Positions 10,808-19,330 of a stretch of 64,000 bases of DNA are shown in pieces. A model generated the notes under the pieces. The model made no database searches. It saw nothing but the letters and a program-made list of their open reading frames with translations, and was not told the DNA's origin. The position numbers were made by a program, and so were the translations under genes. The DNA comes from Patescibacteria group bacterium. Lineage in GTDB: Bacteria; Patescibacteriota; Microgenomatia; UBA1406. The stretch's first letter is position 1, and each line of letters starts with the position of its first letter. The DNA is taken from positions 5,177 to 69,176 of the forward strand of contig JBAYJK010000003.1 in the NCBI GenBank assembly GCA_041665145.1. Reading direction: 5' to 3'.

Positions 10808-11785
10808 ATGGTTTTACGAAACACCAAAGAAATCGTCGTCACCGGGTCCATGTCGTGGGACACCATCATGGACTTCCCTTCCCGATTTGTGGACTACCTT
10901 AACCCGGAAAAACTTCACCAGATAAATGTGTCATTTGTCGTCGATAAGTTGGAAAAGCAGATCGGCGGAACGGCAACCAACATTGCATATGCGGCCGCCC
11001 AAACACTTGCCTATTTCCATAAACAAGAAAAATCTGACGGTATAAGCATTAACGTGCTCGGAGGTTTGGGGAAAGATGCGGCCGCCCACCTACGTTTCTT
11101 TAAAAAGCATAAAATAGATACTTCCCGCATCATGATCGACAGGCGGATGTACAGTGCCGCCGGCTCCGTTATTACGGATACGAAAGACAATCAGATTTGG
11201 GGTTTCTATTACGGCGCATCGGTTGCGGCCAAACGGGTTTCTTTAACGGATTTCGTGCCGAAAGAAACGATTATGATTATTTCGGCAAATCATCCCGATG
11301 CCTTTCTTCATTTTCAGGAAGAGTGTATTAAATTCCATATTCCGTATATGTATGATCCCGGCATGGCGTTGTCATGGATAACGGACAAAGATTTGACAGA
11401 GGGTGTTTTAAAGGCAACGTATTTAATAGGAAACGATTACGAAATCGCAATGGTTTTGAAGCGGATAAAGCAAACGGTTTCGTCACTCATGAATGAAGGA
11501 GTAAATATTATTACTACGTTAGGAGACAAAGGGGTGAGATATGAATCGACAACGGAGAAATATGAAATTCCCGCTGTTTCAAACATAGAAGCGGTTGACC
11601 CGACAGGAGCGGGAGACGCCTGGCGCGGAGGGTTTCTTACCGCTCTGACGAATGGAAAACCGGTTAAAGAGGCGCTGATTGTCGGTAACGCGGTTGCAAG
11701 TTTTGCCGTTGAACATTACGGCTGTGTCAATTATCATATAACGGCGAAGGAATTCGAAAAGAGGTCTCAATGTCTGAAGGTCTAA
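10808..11785 (+). CDS. PfkB-family carbohydrate/nucleoside kinase (possible adenosine kinase)
   Basis: 325 aa. It carries the PfkB signature DPTGAGDAWRGGF near the C-terminus. It lies next to ahcY. The last 7 codons and the stop are encoded by repeat R1. Confidence 0.8.
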   Translation: MVLRNTKEIVVTGSMSWDTIMDFPSRFVDYLNPEKLHQINVSFVVDKLEKQIGGTATNIAYAAAQTLAYFHKQEKSDGISINVLGGLGKDAAAHLRFFKKHKIDTSRIMIDRRMYSAAGSVITDTKDNQIWGFYYGASVAAKRVSLTDFVPKETIMIISANHPDAFLHFQEECIKFHIPYMYDPGMALSWITDKDLTEGVLKATYLIGNDYEIAMVLKRIKQTVSSLMNEGVNIITTLGDKGVRYESTTEKYEIPAVSNIEAVDPTGAGDAWRGGFLTALTNGKPVKEALIVGNAVASFAVEHYGCVNYHITAKEFEKRSQCLKV

Positions 11786-11820
11786 ATGTCTGAGAGTCCC
11801 GAGTCGCGGGTCATGGGTCT
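11764..11820. repeat. R1: GTCTRAWT 8-nt phased array (GTCT orientation only)
   Basis: Units are gtctcaat gtctgaag gtctaaat gtctgaga gtcccgag, followed by GC-rich degenerate units. The pfkB stop TAA 11783..11785 lies inside one unit. Confidence 0.85.
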
Positions 11821-11858
11821 AGTTACGCAATGAACTATTATAAATTGCAAAACACAAG

Positions 11859-13124
11859 ATGAAAGAAGCAAAAAAGTTTGATGTTAAGAATATCGGTTTA
11901 GCGGCAGATGGAAAACGTTTGATTGAATGGGCAGAGCGCGATATGCCGGTGCTCCGGATAATTTCCGAGAGATTTATGAAGGTTAAACCCTTTAAGGGTT
12001 TAACCCTTGCCGCATGTCTGCACGTCACGAGTGAAACGGCAAACCTTATGAGAACGTTGAAGGCAGGAGGAGCTAACGTCTACTTGGCTGCGAGCAATCC
12101 CCTTTCCACAAATGATGCCGTTGCGGCTGCCTTGGTGAAAGAATACGGAATTCCGACGTTTGCCATAAAAGGTGAAGATAATAAAACATATTTCAAACAT
12201 CTTAATGCCGTTTTAGACAGCAAACCGAACATGACCATGGATGACGGAGCGGATCTTGTCAGTTTACTTCACACGACACGGAAGGAATTGCTTCCCGGCG
12301 TTGTTGGTTCAAATGAGGAAACGACAACCGGAGTTATTCGGCTCAGAGCGATGGAAAAAGACAACGCGCTCAAAATCCCGGTGCTCGCGGTAAACGATAA
12401 CCTTACGAAACACATGTTCGATAATCAGTACGGTACTGGGCAGTCCACATTAGACGGTGTGATTCGTGCAACAAACGTGTTGCTTGCTGGTAGAAACTTC
12501 GTAGTTGTCGGTTACGGTTGGTGTGGACGTGGCCTGGCCCGACGCGCACAGGGAATGGGCGCGCATGTAATTGTGTGTGAAGTCGATCCGGTAAAAGCGT
12601 TGGAAGCAAATATGGACGGCTACCGAGTTATGCCTCTACTGGACGCCATGGCGGTTGCGGATTTTATCGTCACGGTTACGGGAGACAAGCATGTTATCGA
12701 TGCGGCTCACTTAAAAGCGGCAAAAGACGGTGTGATACTTGCAAACTCCGGACATTTTGATGTCGAGATCAACAAAGTAGCTCTTAAGAAACTGTCTACG
12801 ACTGTACGAGTCGTTCGTCCATTCGTCGAAGAATATACGCTCGGTAAAAAGAAAATATATCTTTTGGCAGAAGGACGTCTTGTAAATCTCGGATCAGCGG
12901 AAGGCCATCCGGCATCCGTTATGGATATGAGCTTCGCAGGCCAGGCACTTGGAGCGGAGTATATGTGGAGCAACCGCGGCAAACTGAAACCGGCGGTTTA
13001 CGCACTCCCTCCGGAAGTTGATGCCCGCATTGCTTCCCTGAAACTGAAGAGTGAAGGTATCAAAATCGATACGCTGACTGCAGAACAGAAGGAATACTTA
13101 AGTTCATGGAAAGAAGGAACGTAG
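11859..13124 (+). CDS. ahcY: Adenosylhomocysteinase
   Basis: 421 aa. Full-length resemblance including the NAD-binding GYGWCGRG and the [11 protein letters not shown] motifs. Confidence 0.95.
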   Translation: MKEAKKFDVKNIGLAADGKRLIEWAERDMPVLRIISERFMKVKPFKGLTLAACLHVTSETANLMRTLKAGGANVYLAASNPLSTNDAVAAALVKEYGIPTFAIKGEDNKTYFKHLNAVLDSKPNMTMDDGADLVSLLHTTRKELLPGVVGSNEETTTGVIRLRAMEKDNALKIPVLAVNDNLTKHMFDNQYGTGQSTLDGVIRATNVLLAGRNFVVVGYGWCGRGLARRAQGMGAHVIVCEVDPVKALEANMDGYRVMPLLDAMAVADFIVTVTGDKHVIDAAHLKAAKDGVILANSGHFDVEINKVALKKLSTTVRVVRPFVEEYTLGKKKIYLLAEGRLVNLGSAEGHPASVMDMSFAGQALGAEYMWSNRGKLKPAVYALPPEVDARIASLKLKSEGIKIDTLTAEQKEYLSSWKEGT

Positions 13125-13146
13125 GGTTAAGTATAAAGACTAAATG

Positions 13147-13248
13147 AAGTTAGAAAGTTGAAAGCAGAAAGTCTGAAAGTCCGAATGTCTGAATGTCTGA
13201 ATGTCAAATTGTCGACATTAAGACTTTTAGACACTAAGACATTCAGAC
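13147..13248. repeat. R2: palindromic GTCTRAWT/AWTYAGAC element centred on GTCGAC (13211..13216)
   Basis: The left arm is gtctgaaa gtccgaat gtctgaat gtctgaat gtcaaatt. The right arm is attaagac ttttagac actaagac attcagac. It lies between ahcY and pyk. Confidence 0.85.
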
Positions 13249-13272
13249 AGGTGCATTAATGTACTTATAAGT

Positions 13273-13278
13273 TATAAT
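13273..13278 (+). promoter_or_regulatory. -10 box (TATAAT) 6 nt upstream of the pyk ATG; leaderless-type promoter
   Basis: The sequence is gttATAAT...: TATAAT at 13273..13278 and ATG at 13285. There is no room for a Shine-Dalgarno sequence. Confidence 0.5.
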
Positions 13279-13284
13279 ATTCTT

Positions 13285-14718
13285 ATGAATAAATTTACAA
13301 AAATAATCGCAACAATCGGTCCGGCGACTGATGATCCGGAAATGATAGAAAAACTTATCGAAGCAGGTGTTAACATTTTCCGTTATAACTTTAAGCACAA
13401 TACCGTAGAATGGCACAACGAGCGTATCCGCAGAGTGAATGCGGTTTCCAAGAAAATGGGAGTGCATGTGGGAAAACTGATCGATCTTCAGGGACCAGAA
13501 ATTCGTATCAAGATGGCGCAGGATTCCATTACCATTAAAGAAGGTGATGAATTGCTGTTCGATGAATCCATGCTCATAAATAAAGGCCAAGGGTTCTCCA
13601 TTTCGCATCCCAGTATTATTGAGCACATGACGGACGGGCAAAAACTCTTAGCGGATGACGGAAGTTTTACGTTTGTCGTGAAGCGGGAGAAAGGCAAATG
13701 CTACTTGGTAAGCCATTCGGAAGGTGTGTTGAAAAATAACAAGTCCCTCAATATGCCCGGATCTAAGTTCCCTCTTCCTGTTCTTATCGAACGAGATTTT
13801 GACGGTCTCAAACTTGCGCAAATGGGAGAAGTAGATTTTGTGGCCTTGTCGTTTGTCAGGACCAAGGAAGATGTCCTTACCCTTCGAAAAGAAATGAAAA
13901 AACTCGGACTGGTGGCAAAAGTGGTTTCAAAAATAGAAACACAGGTTGCTCTCGACAACTTTGATGAAATTTTGTCGGCGTCTGACGCAATCATGGTTGC
14001 CCGCGGAGACTTGGGTGTTGAAATTCCCATCGAACAGGTACCGTACTATCAGAAAATGATGATCAAACGCTGTTTCCAAAAAGGCGTTTCGGTTATAACC
14101 GCAACACAGATGTTGCAAACCATGATCGATAACCCGTTCCCGACTCGCGCAGAAGTATCTGACGTTGCAAACGCGACATATGATTTTACGGATGCAGTTA
14201 TGCTTTCGGGTGAAACTGCAAGCGGCAAGTACCCTCTGCAGGCGGTAAAGATGATGGCGAAAACCGTTGCGTTCAATGAACAAAAACCGTATGCGGATAC
14301 CCGTTCGCTATACCAATTCGAACTTGGTGATCAGGAGCAGAGACTTTCCGACGCGGCATATAACTTGTATATTCAATCATTGAATGTCGAAAATACCATC
14401 GCCGGGTTTGTGATACTTACCGAAACCGGGAGGACGGCTCAACTGCTTTCCCGCTACCGAGCCAAGGCGCCTATTTTCGCCATTTGTCCCACGAAAAAAG
14501 TAGCCGACACGCTGTCCATCAACTTTGCGGTAACGCCGTTCGTCCGTGACGAAGTCTACTCGAAAGACAAGGAAGTCACGAGTGATGACGTGGTGAAAGT
14601 AATCAGCTACCTGCACAAAAACAAGATTCTCAAAAAAGGGCAGAAAGTTGTGGTTCTCCACGGTGACTACTGGGCGGTTGAAGGCGGAACGAGTACCGTA
14701 AAAATAGTCGAGGTCTAA
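13285..14718 (+). CDS. pyk: Pyruvate kinase
   Basis: 477 aa. TKIIATIGPAT start, MVARGDLGVEIP, and a typical barrel plus C-terminal domain. The stop TAA lies inside the first R3 unit. Confidence 0.95.
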   Translation: MNKFTKIIATIGPATDDPEMIEKLIEAGVNIFRYNFKHNTVEWHNERIRRVNAVSKKMGVHVGKLIDLQGPEIRIKMAQDSITIKEGDELLFDESMLINKGQGFSISHPSIIEHMTDGQKLLADDGSFTFVVKREKGKCYLVSHSEGVLKNNKSLNMPGSKFPLPVLIERDFDGLKLAQMGEVDFVALSFVRTKEDVLTLRKEMKKLGLVAKVVSKIETQVALDNFDEILSASDAIMVARGDLGVEIPIEQVPYYQKMMIKRCFQKGVSVITATQMLQTMIDNPFPTRAEVSDVANATYDFTDAVMLSGETASGKYPLQAVKMMAKTVAFNEQKPYADTRSLYQFELGDQEQRLSDAAYNLYIQSLNVENTIAGFVILTETGRTAQLLSRYRAKAPIFAICPTKKVADTLSINFAVTPFVRDEVYSKDKEVTSDDVVKVISYLHKNKILKKGQKVVVLHGDYWAVEGGTSTVKIVEV

Positions 14719-14808
14719 ATGTCGCGAGTCGCGAGTCTGAATGTCTAAGTGTCTGAATGTCCATTAGTCTGTCAGACAATCAGACGCGTGACGCTCAGAC
14801 GCTTAGAC
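14713..14808. repeat. R3: palindromic GTCTRAWT/AWTYAGAC element
   Basis: The left arm is gtctaaat gtcgcgag tcgcgag tctgaat gtctaagt gtctgaat gtccatta gtct. The right arm is gtcagac aatcagac gcgtgac gctcagac gcttagac. Confidence 0.85.
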
Positions 14809-14811
14809 TGA

Positions 14812-14817
14812 TATAAT
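14812..14817 (+). promoter_or_regulatory. -10 box (TATAAT) 6 nt upstream of the lepA ATG
   Basis: TATAAT at 14812..14817 and ATG at 14824, with no SD. Confidence 0.5.
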
Positions 14818-14823
14818 ACCTTC

Positions 14824-16653
14824 ATGAATGTTTCGAGTATTCGTAATTTTGCCATTATCGCCCATGTTGATCACGGTAAGTCTACTTTGGCTGACCGGCT
14901 TTTGGAATTAACGCATGTCGTTACCCCCGGTAAGCACGATGAACAACTCTTGGATAGAAACCCTATATCACGTGAACGAGGAATAACCATCAAACTGGCA
15001 CCGGTGACGATGAAATACAGAGCACAGTCTAAAAGCCCGCCTGCCGGCGAGGCAGGTCTCAATGTCTCAATGTCCGAAAGTCGACATTTAGACACTCAGA
15101 CATTCAGACCTTCAGATGAGTTTACTCTGAATCTTGTTGATACCCCCGGCCATGTCGATTTTTCGTATGAAGTCGAACGAACCCTGGCGTGTGTAGAGGG
15201 CGTCATTTTACTCGTTGACGCGACCCAGGGGATTCAGGCGCAAACGATTGCACATGCGTACAAAGCACTTGAACAGAACCTGACGATTATTCCCGTTGTG
15301 AACAAAATAGATATGGAAAATGCACAGGTGGATAAAACTATTGCGGAGCTTGTCGAATTCCTGGGAGTGAAACCCGAAGAAGTGTACAAAATCTCGGCCA
15401 AAACCGGCATCGGTGTACAAGAACTTCTTGATGCAGTTATCGAACAAGTACCCCCGCCGTCGGACAGCGAATACCGAAAATCGAACATAGAAACGTTGGA
15501 TCACACCAAGTGTCTGATCTTTGATTCGTACTATGATCCGCACCGCGGAGTTATTGCCTTTGCCCGGGTTTTTAACGGTGAAGTGAAAAAGAATACCAAG
15601 CTGTGGTTACAAGCTACCCAAAAATCTTTTGATGTTATGGAAGTCGGTATTTTTACGCCGGATCTTACGCCTACCGAAACATTGGAAGACGGACAAATCG
15701 GGTACATTGTGACAAACCTGAAAGATATCCATGACGTGCAGGTGGGAGATACTCTCAGCACTATTCAGCGTGATACCATGCTTTCCGGATATCGGAAAGT
15801 AAAACCGATGGTCTACGGTTCCGTGTTTCCGACGGACCCCGACGAATATATCGACTTAAAAAAATCTTTGGAAAAGTTGTATTTAAATGACGCTGCGCTG
15901 ACCTTTGAACCCATTTTCAGCAAGGCGATGGGCGGAGGTTTTCGTATCGGTTTTCTGGGACTACTGCACGCCGACGTTACGCGTGAACGACTTGAACGGG
16001 AATTCGAGCAGAGCTTGGTGCTTACGCCTCCGAAAGTGGAATATGAAAATCATGACGGAACATTTTACGAGCCGTTTGTTTCCGTAACCGTTGTCACTCC
16101 CCAACCCTACATGGGCGGTGTGATGCAGCTTTGCGAAGAATCACGGGCCAGCTATAAACATATGGATAATAAGAACCAGATTATCTTGGTTTATGAAATG
16201 CCTTTGGTGGAACTTATCGGACAGTTCTTCGACCGCTTGAAAAGTATTACGTCGGGGTACGCTTCTCTTGACTGGGAGTTTTTGGAATACCGACCGGTAC
16301 AGGCAGATTACTTGGAAATTCTTTTAAACCTTGAACCGGTGGAAGAGTTTTCCGAGATTGTGGTGCATGAGCGTGCATTCGAACGTGCCCGCGAACTTAC
16401 GAAGAAAATACATGAAATTATTCCCCGACAACAGTACGAAGTGAAAATTCAGGCGCGGTATAAAGGAAAGATTATCGCATCAGAGCGTGTTGCTCCATTT
16501 AGAAAAGATGTTACGGCCAAGCTCTACGGAGGAGACCGCACACGGAAAGACAAGTTGTTGAACAAACAGAAAAAAGGTAAAAAACTCATGAAGAATATCG
16601 GCAAGGTGGAGATTCCAAAAGAAGCATTCATCAAGCTCTTCAAGACGTCCTAA
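14824..16653 (+). CDS. lepA: Elongation factor 4 (LepA) carrying a ~27-aa repeat-derived insertion in the G domain
   Basis: 609 aa. NFAIIAHVDHGKSTL, DTPGHVDF, NKID and the conserved LepA C-terminal domain are present. The segment QSKSPPAGEAGLNVSMSESRHLDTQTFRPSDE has no counterpart in canonical LepA. Confidence 0.95.
   Translation: MNVSSIRNFAIIAHVDHGKSTLADRLLELTHVVTPGKHDEQLLDRNPISRERGITIKLAPVTMKYRAQSKSPPAGEAGLNVSMSESRHLDTQTFRPSDEFTLNLVDTPGHVDFSYEVERTLACVEGVILLVDATQGIQAQTIAHAYKALEQNLTIIPVVNKIDMENAQVDKTIAELVEFLGVKPEEVYKISAKTGIGVQELLDAVIEQVPPPSDSEYRKSNIETLDHTKCLIFDSYYDPHRGVIAFARVFNGEVKKNTKLWLQATQKSFDVMEVGIFTPDLTPTETLEDGQIGYIVTNLKDIHDVQVGDTLSTIQRDTMLSGYRKVKPMVYGSVFPTDPDEYIDLKKSLEKLYLNDAALTFEPIFSKAMGGGFRIGFLGLLHADVTRERLEREFEQSLVLTPPKVEYENHDGTFYEPFVSVTVVTPQPYMGGVMQLCEESRASYKHMDNKNQIILVYEMPLVELIGQFFDRLKSITSGYASLDWEFLEYRPVQADYLEILLNLEPVEEFSEIVVHERAFERARELTKKIHEIIPRQQYEVKIQARYKGKIIASERVAPFRKDVTAKLYGGDRTRKDKLLNKQKKGKKLMKNIGKVEIPKEAFIKLFKTS
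15056..15117. repeat. R4: palindromic GTCT/AGAC element inserted in-frame inside lepA
   Basis: The units are gtctcaat gtctcaat gtccgaaa GTCGAC atttagac actcagac attcagac cttcagat. This is the same architecture and GTCGAC centre as intergenic R2. Confidence 0.85.
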
Positions 16654-16655
16654 TA

Positions 16656-17225
16656 TTATTCCGCAAATAGGTGGTTTAGGAGATTCTCTAGAATAATTGA
16701 ACCCTCGTTATTATCTGCTGTAATCTCAGGATGAAACTGAAAACCGAAGAAATTTCTGCCCTTGATTTCAATTATTTCACATCCATTTGTTGAATCTGCG
16801 AGGCACTTGATTTTAGAATCATTTGGGATCTTTTTTATACTGTACCGATGTTTTTCGTAAACGGTAAAACATGTTTTATCACAAAACAAAGCATGATTCG
16901 TCTTGGTGTTTATGTTGTGCATTCCCTCGATCATACCATCTGACTTTTCAAGTTGAGCACCGTATGCGACACCTAGTATCTGGAAGCCGTAGCATATGCC
17001 AATGATAGGAACATGTGCAGTGGCTACTAAATTTAACTCAGCGGTATTTTTATAGGCACTTATCAGGTGTCCATCGCTCAAGATAATCAATTGAAACTTG
17101 CTGGTGTCAGTTTCACCAAGCTTGGATAAATCGACTGTGGTAATGTCGCACATATTGAAAACATCGGCATACTTGTCTATTGACTCCGACCCATTATCTA
17201 TAAGCAGGCTCTTTATTTTTTTCAT
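16656..17225 (-). CDS. Class I glutamine amidotransferase-like protein
   Basis: 189 aa. It has the GICYGFQ nucleophile-elbow motif and FQFHPE near the C-terminus. Confidence 0.75.
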   Translation of the reverse strand: MKKIKSLLIDNGSESIDKYADVFNMCDITTVDLSKLGETDTSKFQLIILSDGHLISAYKNTAELNLVATAHVPIIGICYGFQILGVAYGAQLEKSDGMIEGMHNINTKTNHALFCDKTCFTVYEKHRYSIKKIPNDSKIKCLADSTNGCEIIEIKGRNFFGFQFHPEITADNNEGSIILENLLNHLFAE

Positions 17226-17313
17226 AATTATTAGGTCAAATATACTTTATCAGTATTTGATTAAAAAGTTGTGCAAAATTCTGATCATAAGACCCTCTGT
17301 TGTATAATATAGG

Positions 17314-18258
17314 ATGTCATCCGTTGATTTTAGAGAGTTCCACAGGCATAAAGCAGAACCGACCGAACGCTATTTTCAGAATCCATATATGTTTTGGAGG
17401 GATTTTCACTATGGCGCAACACGACAACCCTCGCCATTTGTGACAGATGCTCTACCCGCCTCTCTCTCTATGAAAGGTTTGTCTACGGAGCTAAAACAGG
17501 AGATTGCCCGGCTGCATGATCCACAACAGGGAACAACCATACACACGGCGATACTACCGAATTACATGAGAGCGATAACTATTGTAAATACATATGGGTC
17601 ACCATTTGGTAATAGCTTTATTCCCGGTTTACGTCCTAAATCTGATCCGAGGAAGGAACCATGGGAATATGGCTTAACTAAAGCTGATGCATATTACTTT
17701 GCACCACACAATGAATTGCCGCTTGTATCACTTCACGATCTTGCCCGATCCTGCTCAGATGTTCCGATTTCTGTTTACCTGTATGGCGACATGTACCCCC
17801 ACCAGACTTCACAAGCATTGTATTTAGAGGATCCGCAGAAAGGCTGGTATTATGCAGTACTCACGCATGCTCCGCGGAATCTGTCGCACATTCTCTCTGC
17901 ACTTCATGAGATTGGACATGTTGCTCTGGACGCGCAGGACGCGAGCAGATGGGACGAACTTCTCGCGATAGCAGGAATTAGCAATGTAGTGAAGGAGTAC
18001 GACGAAAAATGGGACAGAATAAGTAACTCGAATCTATCGATCCTCGCAAAGCGTGATTCACTCATGAATCTAATGGCTCAGTTTAGACAGTCAGATGCTG
18101 GAATGCGCAAAATGGGTGCGGAAATGATTTATGAATATGAAGTCTGGGGTGCGACTATTCCGCTTCTCGAACAATGCGGAATGCTGGAAGTTTTTAAGGA
18201 TGCACCAAAAACTCTGATCGATTTTATATTTTGGGCAATCAAAACCCGCCTCGGCTAA
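17314..18258 (+). CDS. Hypothetical protein with an HExxH motif (possible zinc metallopeptidase)
   Basis: 314 aa. LHEIGHVALD sits at about residue 200. There is no other recognisable family signature. TATAAT 17303..17308 lies 5 nt upstream of the ATG. Confidence 0.4.
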   Translation: MSSVDFREFHRHKAEPTERYFQNPYMFWRDFHYGATRQPSPFVTDALPASLSMKGLSTELKQEIARLHDPQQGTTIHTAILPNYMRAITIVNTYGSPFGNSFIPGLRPKSDPRKEPWEYGLTKADAYYFAPHNELPLVSLHDLARSCSDVPISVYLYGDMYPHQTSQALYLEDPQKGWYYAVLTHAPRNLSHILSALHEIGHVALDAQDASRWDELLAIAGISNVVKEYDEKWDRISNSNLSILAKRDSLMNLMAQFRQSDAGMRKMGAEMIYEYEVWGATIPLLEQCGMLEVFKDAPKTLIDFIFWAIKTRLG

Positions 18259-18298
18259 ATCTGACTTCCGTTGTCAAATTTCTTGATACAGCAATCCA
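18257..18298 (+). repeat. Shared 3' module copy A (9-bp hairpin plus GATACAGCAATCCA)
   Basis: The hairpin is aaatctgac-ttccgtt-gtcaaattt, followed by cttGATACAGCAATCCA. It starts at the stop codon of 17314..18258. Confidence 0.7.
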
Positions 18299-18344
18299 TA
18301 ACTGACATGTCAGTTAAAACAACACCTTGAGCGTCGAAAGTCTT

Positions 18345-18380
18345 GTCTTACTCCATTTAAACAATTAAATGGAGTAAGAC
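18345..18380. other. Perfect 16-bp stem / 4-nt loop hairpin
   Basis: gtcttactccatttaa-acaa-ttaaatggagtaagac. It is preceded by the 14-nt perfect palindrome actgacatgtcagt at 18301..18314. Confidence 0.8.
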
Positions 18381-18446
18381 ATATAACCAGATAACTTTGA
18401 TTTCACGTGCGATCTTTGAGATATTTTATACAATACATAACAGATT

Positions 18447-19268
18447 ATGTTAGACACAGAACTTGTAACAGAACCACATACCGGACCTGAACAACTGAAA
18501 TTCGAGCCGGATTATCAGGCAAAATCTCTCGAGTTATCCAGCGCGCTTACCGGGTATCAGCAATCAGAATCGATGCAACCCACTGAGTATAAAATCGGTT
18601 TTGGGCCGACATATCATGCGCGGTCATCCGGCGGAATCGACTGTACCGTGCGGGTTGTTTTTTTGAAAGACACACATAATGTTTTGAGATTTTCCTTAAT
18701 TGCTCTCGACCCTTCAGGGACAGAAATCGGGCATAATATTTCCTCGATAGAAGTGGAAAATGGTCGGCAGACTGTGATGGGTGGTGTATATACGGGTGTT
18801 CGCGGAAAAGGAATTTCCACGGTTATCGAGTCGGCTTATGTAGATTTTTTACAACGGTTGGTAAACCAACAAGGTACCCCGATTACCTGGGAAGTAATAA
18901 ATGATAACTATGCACAACTTCAATTACTTAAAGATCTATATTTACAAACTCCTACCGAAAAGTTACGACTGGCTATTGTAGAAAAAGAGGCCGAGCAAGA
19001 ACGATGGCGTGCTCAATTTGCGTTTAACGGGAAATTAGGTGTGGCACCTGATGGTAAGAGAACCTTTTCGCCGCCACGTTCATTACTAGCAGCACTAGGG
19101 AAAAAAGAAAATGTTGAGACGGTTGATTCGATCGCACTTTCCCGAAATTCTCAGGGATTATATCAACCATCCGAAGTGAGGAGAATTAACAGCAAAAATC
19201 AAAAGGAAGTGAGAGAGGCGCATTTGGGTTTTTTATATCGTATGACCGGTTTGGGCACTCCCCACTAG
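18447..19268 (+). CDS. Hypothetical protein, paralogue A (possible GNAT-like fold)
   Basis: 273 aa. It shares FGPTYHA(R/Q)SSGGIDCTVR, SLIA.DPSG, (R)xKGISTV..SA.VDFL.RL and EAEQ(E/D)RW blocks with 21732..22583. RGKGIS resembles the GNAT acetyl-CoA motif. Confidence 0.5.
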   Translation: MLDTELVTEPHTGPEQLKFEPDYQAKSLELSSALTGYQQSESMQPTEYKIGFGPTYHARSSGGIDCTVRVVFLKDTHNVLRFSLIALDPSGTEIGHNISSIEVENGRQTVMGGVYTGVRGKGISTVIESAYVDFLQRLVNQQGTPITWEVINDNYAQLQLLKDLYLQTPTEKLRLAIVEKEAEQERWRAQFAFNGKLGVAPDGKRTFSPPRSLLAALGKKENVETVDSIALSRNSQGLYQPSEVRRINSKNQKEVREAHLGFLYRMTGLGTPH

Positions 19269-19310
19269 AAATTTGACACCGGAAGTCAAATTTCCGGATA
19301 CAGCAATCCA
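19269..19310 (+). repeat. Shared 3' module copy B (9-bp hairpin plus GATACAGCAATCCA)
   Basis: The hairpin is aaatttgac-accggaa-gtcaaattt, followed by ccgGATACAGCAATCCA. The loop is the reverse complement of the copy A loop. It starts right after the stop of 18447..19268. Confidence 0.7.
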
Positions 19311-19330
19311 GAAATAACTAATTGCATTTT

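Noticed and set aside
11786-11858. There could be an SAH riboswitch upstream of ahcY.
   Set aside because: The spacer is only 73 nt. It consists mostly of repeat R1 plus a -10-like box (TATAAA 11838..11843), and no SAH-riboswitch-like pseudoknot sequence is evident.
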